This document shows positions 26,975 through 33,967 of a stretch of 33,967 bases of DNA, piece after piece. Every line of letters begins with the position of its first letter. The stretch's first letter is position 1. The DNA is from Candidatus Pacearchaeota archaeon. Lineage in GTDB: Archaea > Nanobdellota > Nanobdellia > Pacearchaeales > GW2011-AR1. The position numbers were made by a program, and so were the translations under genes. Where the stretch lies: positions 1 through 33,967 of the forward strand of contig JAFCES010000001.1 in the NCBI GenBank assembly GCA_017609045.1, written 5' to 3'. A model generated the notes under the pieces. It ran no database searches. It was not told the origin of the DNA and was given only the letters and a program-made list of their open reading frames with translations.

Positions 26975-28678
26975 ATGTTAGACATATTCATACAACTAAG
27001 CTTACTAATTTTAGTAGCTCTTGTCATTTCTTTCCTTGCAAGAATTTTTAGACAGCCAATAATCATAGCTTACATTTTAACAGGTATTTTAGTTAGTAAC
27101 TTCTTCCTTAAAATTATCTCAGAAAATGAAACTGTTTTGACTTTATCGCAGTTTGGGGTAGCTTTTCTTTTATTTATGGTTGGCTTGCATCTAAATCCAA
27201 AAGTAATAAAAGAAGTGGGCTTTATCTCTTTAGTTGTAGGGATAATTCAAATTATTTTCACTGCTCTTATTAGCTTTTTCCTTGCCTCTTTTCTTGGATT
27301 TTCTTTTATCGCTTCTGTTTATATTGCTCTTGCTTTAACTTTCTCTTCAACAATTATAATCACAAAAATTCTTTCAGATAAACAGGATATAGATAGTTTA
27401 TATGGAAAAATATCTGTTGGAATACTTATCTTGCAAGATATTGTTGTTATTTTTATCCTGATGCTTCTCTCATATTTTTCTGCCGACTTTACCTTAAATA
27501 TTTCTTCTTTCTCAGTTTTTTATGCTGTCCTCGCTTTTGTAGGTTTAATTTTTGCAAGTATCTATATTCTGCCAAGTATTACTAAATTTGTAGCAAGAAA
27601 TCAAGAACTTCTTTTTCTTTTTGCTATCGGTTGGTGTTTTTTTCTGGCTTCCTTATTTTTTAAGCTTGGTTTTAGTATGGAAATTGGAGCCTTACTTGCA
27701 GGTATGTCTCTTTCTGTTTCTCCTTATCATATAGAAATGGCCTCAAAAGTTCGCCCATTAAGAGATTTTTTTATTATAATATTCTTTATTTTGCTTGGTT
27801 TACAAATAAACATAACAGAAATCCAGAATATAATAAAACCAGCACTAATTTTTTCAGGTTTTGTTATTTTGTTTAAGTTTTTAGTCTTAATTATTCCTTT
27901 AGGTTTTGCAGGCTATTCAAAAAGAACAGGTTTTTTCACCGGAGTTTCTTTAGGGCAAATATCTGAGTTTTCTTTTATTCTAGTGGCTTTGGGAGTTTCT
28001 TTAGGGCATATATCTTCACAAATTCTTTCGCTTATCACTTTAACTGGAATTATTACTATAGCCTTTTCCACTTATATGATGATTTATTCAAATAAAATTT
28101 TTCCTCTAATTTCTAAATCACTAAGCATATTTGAAAAAAAGAAAATAAAAGAAAGAGAATTGAAAAGGAAGAAATATGATTTTATCCTTTTTGGATATAA
28201 CCGTATAGGATTTTCTATTCTTAAAAGTTTATCTAAGTTAAAAAGAAATTATCTTGTTGTCGATTTCAATCCAGAAACAGTAAAAAAACTTGCATCTAAA
28301 AAAATAAATTGTGTATATGGTGATGCAGAAGATACAGAGTTTTTACAAGACTTAAGGATAGAAAAAGCTAAACTTGTTATCTCTACCATTCCCGATCCTG
28401 AAATCAACCTTCTCATACTTAATAAAATAAGACAATCTAATGAAAAAAGTATAGTGATATTAACTGCACATCAGATTTCTCATGCTTTAAAATTTTACAA
28501 TCAAGGAACAGACTATGTCATCCTTCCTCACTTTCTCGGCGGACAATATACTTCCAAACTAATAGAAAAATTTAGGACAAGAAAAAAACTTTACGAAAAA
28601 GAAAAAAATAAGCAGATTGAAAATTTGAAAGAAAGATTGGAGGAAGGACACGAACATCCAAGAATAGAGAAACATTAA
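26975..28678 (+). CDS. Kef-type K+/H+ antiporter (CPA2) with C-terminal TrkA-N/RCK domain
   Basis: RQPIIIAYILTG, FSST, ILQD, LRDFF, QISEFSFI; RCK domain GYNRIG...YGDA. Confidence 0.92.
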   Translation: MLDIFIQLSLLILVALVISFLARIFRQPIIIAYILTGILVSNFFLKIISENETVLTLSQFGVAFLLFMVGLHLNPKVIKEVGFISLVVGIIQIIFTALISFFLASFLGFSFIASVYIALALTFSSTIIITKILSDKQDIDSLYGKISVGILILQDIVVIFILMLLSYFSADFTLNISSFSVFYAVLAFVGLIFASIYILPSITKFVARNQELLFLFAIGWCFFLASLFFKLGFSMEIGALLAGMSLSVSPYHIEMASKVRPLRDFFIIIFFILLGLQINITEIQNIIKPALIFSGFVILFKFLVLIIPLGFAGYSKRTGFFTGVSLGQISEFSFILVALGVSLGHISSQILSLITLTGIITIAFSTYMMIYSNKIFPLISKSLSIFEKKKIKERELKRKKYDFILFGYNRIGFSILKSLSKLKRNYLVVDFNPETVKKLASKKINCVYGDAEDTEFLQDLRIEKAKLVISTIPDPEINLLILNKIRQSNEKSIVILTAHQISHALKFYNQGTDYVILPHFLGGQYTSKLIEKFRTRKKLYEKEKNKQIENLKERLEEGHEHPRIEKH

Positions 28679-28764
28679 AAACTCAACAAATCTTTGTAAT
28701 TAGCTTAAATTTTGTTTCTGCTTGGGACTTTTTTGGGTATGTTAAAGATGTTAATGGAACTGCC

Positions 28765-30816
28765 TTGAATAATTCTCTTATTAATATTACCTTTTGGACT
28801 ATGGGGGGAGGTCCTCCTTCACTTGTTGGTTCTAATTCAACAACTTCAAATGAATTAGGATGGTTTAATATAAGTAATGTCCATCAAAATGCAAGTTATT
28901 TTTATAAGCCAGTTGTAACACATACAAATTCTACAACAAATGCTACTGATTATATTGGGCAATCTCTCCCACATTTTCCGTTTGCAGAATTTAATGGTAC
29001 AACAGATATTAATTTTTATTTAAGGCCTGCAGGAACAATTAATATTACTGCAATTAACAGGAGTGGAGACAGAATTAGCTTTATGTATCAAATTAAAGAT
29101 ACTAAATTAGGTTTTCCTATTGCAGAAAATTTTGGGAGTTATGTTTCAGAAGCAAATATTTATGTTCCAAGAGATAGAAATTATTCAGTTATGATTTATC
29201 CTAATCAAAGTTTGCCTGTTGTTTTTAACTGGAATAATTTTTCTTCAAATGCTTCTTATGAATTTGGCCAAGAATATCCTACTACAAATTTATCAAGCTA
29301 TAATGTGACGACACATACAGTTCATAAACAATTTAATTGTACAGAGAGTTTAATAAGAGTGACAGGATATATTCAAAACTCTTCTGGTGATGATTTTTTA
29401 GATTGGAATGAATTTACAGTTGTTCCATTTTTACTTGAGCCAGGAAATATGGTTTATTTAAGTAATGATGTAGGAATGCCTTATAATATGAGTGCTTGGA
29501 AAAATCCTGCCCAAACTGATGAATATAATTTAACTTCTGGTTGGTATAATATAACTTTGCCAGGACCAGCTGAATCAGCAACTTATATTTTATTTGCAAC
29601 AGCAAGAAATGGAACAAATTATTATGGAAGTTTTAGAAATATAACGTTAAATTATAGCAGCTCATCTACTGAACTTAATTTTACAATGTACCCTTTAATG
29701 TCAACAGATTGGGGGGCAGCAAATAGCAATATTACTTTAAAAAGAGCTACTAATTGGAATTCAATAAATATATCAACAGCAAGACAACAATTTAATTTAG
29801 TTAATGAAACTAATTCAACTTTAGCAAATATTAGTATATATCTTGAAATAACTCTTGATTATTCTGATTATGATTGTATGGAATTCACTTTTACAACTGA
29901 TATTTCTTCTGGAGATGCAAGTTTTTATCTTCCTTTAATAAATGAAACAGGAGTTAAAGAAATAAATGTTTTTGCTATGAGTGGAGCGCAAGGCGGGGAT
30001 GGCGGTGCTTATGCTCCTAAAAGAGTTTCTTTTGATGTTGAAGAAATTCATGAAAATAATAATATTACTTTAAGTGTATGGGAGCCAAGAGCCAGAGAAG
30101 CTGACTTAGGGCAGAATATTTTTATTGAACTTTATCTTTCAAATTCAACTTGTGATGTTCCAAATCCTCCTGATGGATGTGGAATTGGAGCATTTGGCCC
30201 TAACGAGGCTCAGACAAGAGATAATTTTAGTCCTTTATCTGCAATAATTGGTGGTGGAAAAATTAGTTTTAGAATGGGTTATGGAGATATTGAAATTCAT
30301 TATGTAAATGTTGATATGTTAGCTTCTGGACCTCCTGATGTAGCATTTGATAATGCTGCAAATACATCAAGAGGTTCATCAACAGGAAGTGCATTTAGCT
30401 CAGCTTTAAGGTTTGGCTCTATGGGTCCGACAATTTATGATTATGTTTTAGTTTCAATTCCTTACACACAAGGTTCAACAAGCCAAACTGGATTAAATGA
30501 AAATGCGGATGTTAATATGAGTATTCCATTATTTTTTACAGGAGATGATGTAGATGTTCTTATTTGGAATACTGATGAAAATGGAACTGATGCAGCAGCT
30601 TTAGCAGGAAATTATTCTCATTATTCTGCTCATCAATCTGAATGGGGAATTTTAATGAATCAATCAAATTGCACTCGAAGTGTTTCTGAATTTAACTCAA
30701 CAAATCCTTGTTATCTTGATACAAATAATAATCAAATATGGATTAGAATTCCACACTTTGATGGAAATGAGCCAAGTATAAGTGGTACTGTTCTTGCCTC
30801 TGCTCCAAAAATTTAG
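28765..30816 (+). CDS. Asn/Ser/Thr-rich extracellular glycoprotein, N-terminal fragment
   Basis: 683-codon ORF with dense sequons and beta-rich composition; the TTG start from the track is probably internal. Confidence 0.7.
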   Translation: MNNSLINITFWTMGGGPPSLVGSNSTTSNELGWFNISNVHQNASYFYKPVVTHTNSTTNATDYIGQSLPHFPFAEFNGTTDINFYLRPAGTINITAINRSGDRISFMYQIKDTKLGFPIAENFGSYVSEANIYVPRDRNYSVMIYPNQSLPVVFNWNNFSSNASYEFGQEYPTTNLSSYNVTTHTVHKQFNCTESLIRVTGYIQNSSGDDFLDWNEFTVVPFLLEPGNMVYLSNDVGMPYNMSAWKNPAQTDEYNLTSGWYNITLPGPAESATYILFATARNGTNYYGSFRNITLNYSSSSTELNFTMYPLMSTDWGAANSNITLKRATNWNSINISTARQQFNLVNETNSTLANISIYLEITLDYSDYDCMEFTFTTDISSGDASFYLPLINETGVKEINVFAMSGAQGGDGGAYAPKRVSFDVEEIHENNNITLSVWEPRAREADLGQNIFIELYLSNSTCDVPNPPDGCGIGAFGPNEAQTRDNFSPLSAIIGGGKISFRMGYGDIEIHYVNVDMLASGPPDVAFDNAANTSRGSSTGSAFSSALRFGSMGPTIYDYVLVSIPYTQGSTSQTGLNENADVNMSIPLFFTGDDVDVLIWNTDENGTDAAALAGNYSHYSAHQSEWGILMNQSNCTRSVSEFNSTNPCYLDTNNNQIWIRIPHFDGNEPSISGTVLASAPKI

Positions 30817-31250
30817 ATGAGAAAGAGCCTTTAACAAAGGAGTTTGCCATAAAATATAGAGTAAGAATAAAAATTAATAATAAAATCCATTATGTAGGTG
30901 TAGTAGATTTGACAGAAACAACAGCAACAATAAATGTAACAAGTGAGCCACAACAAGCTACTTTAACAATAGGACAGGAAAAGAAATTTGAAGTTACAAA
31001 TGATACCTATTATGATTTAAGTGTCAAGTTAAATGGCATAAAAAATAACAAGGCAAATATAACAATTCAGGCAATACAACAAGAGATTTTACCAGAAGAA
31101 AAGCCAATCAAGGAGAAAGAAAAAATTGTGAAAAAGGCGGAAGAAAAAATAAAAGATATATTAAGCAAATGGTTCTGGGTGATAATTGTAGCAGTATTGA
31201 TAATAATAGCTTATATTATTTACATGAAGAAATTCAAGGAAAATTTATAA
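30810..31250 (+). CDS. C-terminal domain plus TM anchor of the surface glycoprotein (second fragment)
   Basis: NLDEKEPLTKEF...HYVGVVDLTETTATINVTSEPQ...GQEKKFEVTNDTYYDLSVKL..., then WFWVIIVAVLIIIAYIIY followed by KK. Confidence 0.65.
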   Translation, partial: NLDEKEPLTKEFAIKYRVRIKINNKIHYVGVVDLTETTATINVTSEPQQATLTIGQEKKFEVTNDTYYDLSVKLNGIKNNKANITIQAIQQEILPEEKPIKEKEKIVKKAEEKIKDILSKWFWVIIVAVLIIIAYIIYMKKFKENL

Positions 31251-31295
31251 ATATTGGTTTCTTTTTATCTAAAGTGGAGGTATATAGAGATAAAT

Positions 31296-31595
31296 ATGAT
31301 GGAAAGTTATATTGAACAGCTTGTGGATTATTTTAAGAAAAATCTTGCTAAGGGCTATACTATAGAGAGTTTAAAGTGGGCTCTGATTAATCAGGGTTAT
31401 TCAAGAACAGAGGTCGAAAGAGCAATAAAATTAACTAATGAGGAGCTGGCTAGAGAAGCTCCAAAGCTAAAGGAAAAGCCAATCATAAAAGTAGAAAGAG
31501 AACCTCTATTACAAGAAATAGAACCAGAAAAGCCAAGTTTTTCTGATAAAATTAAATATTTCTTCAGAGGTTTAAGAGAAATTTTCAGAAGCTGA
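31296..31595 (+). CDS. Hypothetical small helical protein
   Basis: MMESYIEQLVDYFKKNLAKGYTIESLKWALINQGYSRTEVERAI...; ATG start preferred over the TTG at 31254. Confidence 0.75.
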   Translation: MMESYIEQLVDYFKKNLAKGYTIESLKWALINQGYSRTEVERAIKLTNEELAREAPKLKEKPIIKVEREPLLQEIEPEKPSFSDKIKYFFRGLREIFRS

Positions 31596-31603
31596 TTTTT
31601 AAA

Positions 31604-31740
31604 CGCCGCTGCCCGGAATCGAACCGGGATGCCCCGAAGGGCCCAGGTTGCTTGTTCTGACACCACCAAAGGAGATGGTGCGGAAGAACCTTGGTTCTTC
31701 TGCTCTCAAGCCTGGTGCAATACCATTATGCGACAGCGGC
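31604..31740 (-). tRNA. tRNA-Ser(UGA) with 56-nt intron at position 37/38 (intron 31649-31704); CCA not encoded
   Basis: Acceptor stem GCCGCTG/CAGCGGC with discriminator G; anticodon stem CCAGG/CCTGG; CT-TGA-G; long variable arm GCCCTTCGGGGC; T arm CCCGG-TTCGATT-CCGGG; central helix CTTG/CAAG with 3-nt CAA bulge. Confidence 0.92.
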
Positions 31741-31764
31741 TTGAATATACAAGAAAATAGACTC

Positions 31765-31771
31765 TTTTAAA
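31765..31771 (-). promoter_or_regulatory. TATA box of tRNA-Ser
   Basis: TTTAAAA at -31..-25 relative to the mature tRNA 5' G. Confidence 0.55.
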
Positions 31772-31834
31772 TCTTACATTTAGAGATAGAACTAACTACT
31801 TGAGAAGGCTGGTCTTTATAAATAAAATAAAAAT

Positions 31835-32122
31835 TTAACCAAATAAACTTGACAAGCCTTCTGCCGCCTCACTAGGTTTTTCTTCTTCTTCTTTCTCTTC
31901 CTTTTCTCCTTTTTCTTCTTCAGCTACAGTGGTTGGTGCAGCAGCCAAAGTAGCAGTTTCTAATTCTTTAGCTATATCCACATCTCTTAAACTAGCCACT
32001 AACACTTTCACTTTAGCTTCATCTACTGGCTTTCCAGTTGCTTCTATCACTTTTTTCAAATTTTCTTCACTTACTGGTTGTCCTAACTTATGAAGTAATA
32101 GAGCAGCGTACGTGTATTCCAT
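31835..32122 (-). CDS. rpl12: 50S ribosomal stalk protein P1 (archaeal L12)
   Basis: MEYTYAALLLH, Ala/Glu hinge, GLSSLFG C-terminus. Confidence 0.97.
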   Translation of the reverse strand: MEYTYAALLLHKLGQPVSEENLKKVIEATGKPVDEAKVKVLVASLRDVDIAKELETATLAAAPTTVAEEEKGEKEEKEEEEKPSEAAEGLSSLFG

Positions 32123-33067
32123 TTATTTTTCCTCCTGTTCTGATTTATTTTCTTGTTTAGTTTGTTGAGTATTTTCTTTATCTTTTTTTAATTTCTTGTC
32201 TGTTTCCTCTTCTGGTTTCTTCTCTTCTTTGCTCTCCTTCTCTGACTTTCCTTTATCTTTATCTTTCCACCCGACAGCTTTTTTTACAATCTGCTCTAAT
32301 TTTTTTTCCTCTCCTGATGCTTTCCTCAATATAAAACTGATTGTCTCTTTACAAACATATCCTATTTTTACAGCTAAGGCCAAGGCTTTTCCTGCAGCAG
32401 ATCTCAACTCCTCTACAGCTTTCTCCTCGTCTACCTTTATATCTTCATAAATCTTATCTTCTTCTGAATCATATGCCACTATTGGCTCTAAACCCACAGA
32501 AATTGGCTTCATATCAAGTTTTGACATTATACTTGCTGCCTCTTCCCCAACCTGTTCTCCTGTCTTAATAATAACCTTCCTCTCTTTGATCTCTATTTTT
32601 CCATCTTTAATCACAAATTTAATTCCTAAACCTCCCAGCTCTGAAATTACTGGACCCGGAGTGAGTTCTGTAGGTCCGGACTCAATAACAATATCTTCCT
32701 CTACTACCTGTCCTGCTTTAGCTCTGGCTTTGGTTTTATTTTTAGCGAGTATAGCAGATAGCTCAAAGGGGGTAAGCTTAGAGAAAATCAAAGCCTGACT
32801 CTCATCTAAATATTTTTTGAAGTTTTTGATTGTCCCTTTTTCTATCTTATCAATAGCCCTGTTTATTATGTTTTTCTTGACTACTCTTATAATGGCTTTA
32901 TCCTTCAACTTTTTTTTAATTAATTGAAACTGACTTGTTGGAAGATTCTTGATAGAGACAATAACAATAGAATTATTCTTCTTTATTAAATCTGCAAGTT
33001 CCTCTACTTCTTTCTTCTTTTTCTCTGGAACTTCTTTTTCTCTAACTTTTTCATTTTTTTCTTTCAT
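32123..33067 (-). CDS. rpl10: 50S ribosomal protein uL10 (P0)
   Basis: LPTSQFQLIKKKL, AKAGQV, GPTELTPGPVISEL, KLDMKP. Confidence 0.95.
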   Translation of the reverse strand: MKEKNEKVREKEVPEKKKKEVEELADLIKKNNSIVIVSIKNLPTSQFQLIKKKLKDKAIIRVVKKNIINRAIDKIEKGTIKNFKKYLDESQALIFSKLTPFELSAILAKNKTKARAKAGQVVEEDIVIESGPTELTPGPVISELGGLGIKFVIKDGKIEIKERKVIIKTGEQVGEEAASIMSKLDMKPISVGLEPIVAYDSEEDKIYEDIKVDEEKAVEELRSAAGKALALAVKIGYVCKETISFILRKASGEEKKLEQIVKKAVGWKDKDKGKSEKESKEEKKPEEETDKKLKKDKENTQQTKQENKSEQEEK

Positions 33068-33068
33068 T

Positions 33069-33692
33069 TTATATCTCCAACTTAAAGGGTTTACTCATAG
33101 TAAGCTTCACCATAACAGACCTGATGTTCTCTTTCTTTTTTGGCAAAGCGTTAAGTATTGCATTATAAGCTGTTATTATGTTTTCAGCTGTATCTTCATC
33201 TTTCATATTCTCTTTCCCAACAGAAAACTTTAAGCTAGGTTCCTTGCTTTTAATTCTTATAATTTTTTCAAATTTTTTGACTATCTTTTTAATCTCGACT
33301 TCATTTTCTTCTTTTATGATTCCGAGCTGAGGAGAGGGCATTTTCCCGAGAGGACCAAGATACTTACCAAAATTAGCAGCTACTTGAGGCATTAAATCTG
33401 CAGAAGAAATGAAAAAGTCATAACTCTTTACTAATTTCTTGAGTAGTTTTTTATTTTTATATTTATCAAACTCCGCTTTAGTCACACTATCTATCCCCTC
33501 AATTTTTTTATTTAAGAATGCACAAATTTTAACCTCTTTAATTTTGTGAGGTAAGCTCAAGAAGAGATTAATGGACTCTTTTTTTATGTCAAAATTTTTT
33601 AAATTTATAATTAAATCTACTGTTTGATTAAATTTTCTTTCTTTTCCCTTTCGCAATTCCTCAAGTGCTTTAAGAATTTCTTCTTTCTTCAT
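33069..33692 (-). CDS. rpl1: 50S ribosomal protein uL1
   Basis: RKFNQTVDLIINLK, GKYLGPLGKMP, VKLTMS. Start placed at ATG 33692, with AGGAGG upstream. Confidence 0.96.
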   Translation of the reverse strand: MKKEEILKALEELRKGKERKFNQTVDLIINLKNFDIKKESINLFLSLPHKIKEVKICAFLNKKIEGIDSVTKAEFDKYKNKKLLKKLVKSYDFFISSADLMPQVAANFGKYLGPLGKMPSPQLGIIKEENEVEIKKIVKKFEKIIRIKSKEPSLKFSVGKENMKDEDTAENIITAYNAILNALPKKKENIRSVMVKLTMSKPFKLEI

Positions 33693-33838
33693 TCTTTCTC
33701 CTCCTAATTCCAATCTCGCTCATAATCATAGTTTTAATTTGCAGTAAAATTGCTCGCCCACTACCGACGCGCCTACACCAGAAAAAAGGTTTCAGCGATG
33801 TAGTATGGCAAAATTGTCAGATTTTCAAGCTTTATAAA
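33693..33838 (-). promoter_or_regulatory. uL1 operon promoter and structured 5' leader
   Basis: TTTATAAA 33838-33831, predicted TSS G33809, GC-rich self-complementary segment 33809-33756, SD AGGAGG. Confidence 0.55.
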
Positions 33839-33854
33839 TTTAACCCCAGGATAA

Positions 33855-33967
33855 GCTTAGTTGAAAATCTCTTATTTCATAAGAGATAAATTATGCGCTA
33901 TAGCCTTACAATATATTTCTGTCTGAATATTCTTAAATCTCCTAGCTAAAGTGTATCCTCCATACTT
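33855..33967 (-). mobile_element. Right end of a probable IS5-family insertion sequence (transposase C-terminus and terminal inverted repeat)
   Basis: Minus frame 33967-33872 reads KYGGYTLARRFKNIQTEIYCKAIAHNLSLMK*, fitting the K.G..L.AR....Q..E...K.IA.N tail of IS5-type DDE transposases. The stop is followed directly by GAGATTTTCAACTAAGC (33871-33855), a TIR-like end. Confidence 0.6.

Larger units (their letters stand above)
28690..31250 (+). pseudogene. Split surface/S-layer-like glycoprotein gene: start codon missing and -1 frameshift near 30807-30811
   Basis: The frame of ORF 28765-30816 is open upstream and encodes a signal-peptide tail (IFVISLNFVSA|WDFFG) but no ATG. About 40 N-x-S/T sequons. 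The frame of ORF 30909-31250 is open back to 30771; one extra A in CCAAAAATTTAG fuses the two and adds a C-terminal TM anchor. Confidence 0.6.

Noticed and set aside
30814..30816. Amber read-through or alternative genetic code at the glycoprotein TAG
   Set aside because: The downstream domain is in a different frame, and all three stop codons end genes normally in this window
31397..31669. 90-aa minus-strand ORF
   Set aside because: Overlaps the tRNA-Ser gene and is antisense to the 31296-31595 CDS
31604..31740. tRNA-Sec or UGA-suppressor interpretation
   Set aside because: The anticodon is UGA (reads UCA, Ser), not UCA; the 7-bp acceptor and 5-bp T stems are canonical
32196..33233. Plus-strand ORFs over uL10 and uL1
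   Set aside because: Antisense shadows of confident ribosomal protein genes
33750..33812. 5S rRNA, suggested by GCCATAC
   Set aside because: Too short, and lacks the CCGAAC loop and other 5S helices; better explained as an mRNA leader
1..33967. CRISPR array or long tandem repeats
   Set aside because: No regularly spaced repeats seen by eye; low-complexity T/C tracts are Lys/Glu codons on the minus strand

Overview
AT-rich archaeal chromosomal segment. Gene content and the Lys/Glu-rich, shortened ribosomal proteins point to a reduced-genome DPANN archaeon (Pacearchaeota/Woesearchaeota-like; inference). Left: an N-glycosylation cluster (partial polysaccharide deacetylase, B12-binding radical SAM, GT2, AglH/GPT-like, AglB, unannotated Zn-ribbon microprotein). 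Middle: the S10-spc ribosomal superoperon (uL3 to SecY, EMC3, prefoldin alpha). It contains two translationally coupled non-ribosomal genes (a DEDDh exonuclease and a Nudix hydrolase), lacks rnp1/Rpp29 and adk at their usual positions, and its uL4 has a shortened exit-tunnel loop. Two enzymes of the Rubisco-linked AMP salvage pathway are present (R15P isomerase, AMP phosphorylase). Right: AI-2E and Kef transporters, a sequon-rich surface glycoprotein gene that lacks its start and is split by a -1 frameshift, an intron-containing tRNA-Ser(UGA) with a promoter placed for nearly leaderless transcription, the uL1-uL10-P1 operon with a structured leader, and the right end of a probable IS5-family element. 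No CRISPR array or rRNA gene was seen. All calls come from reading the sequence; no database searches were run.
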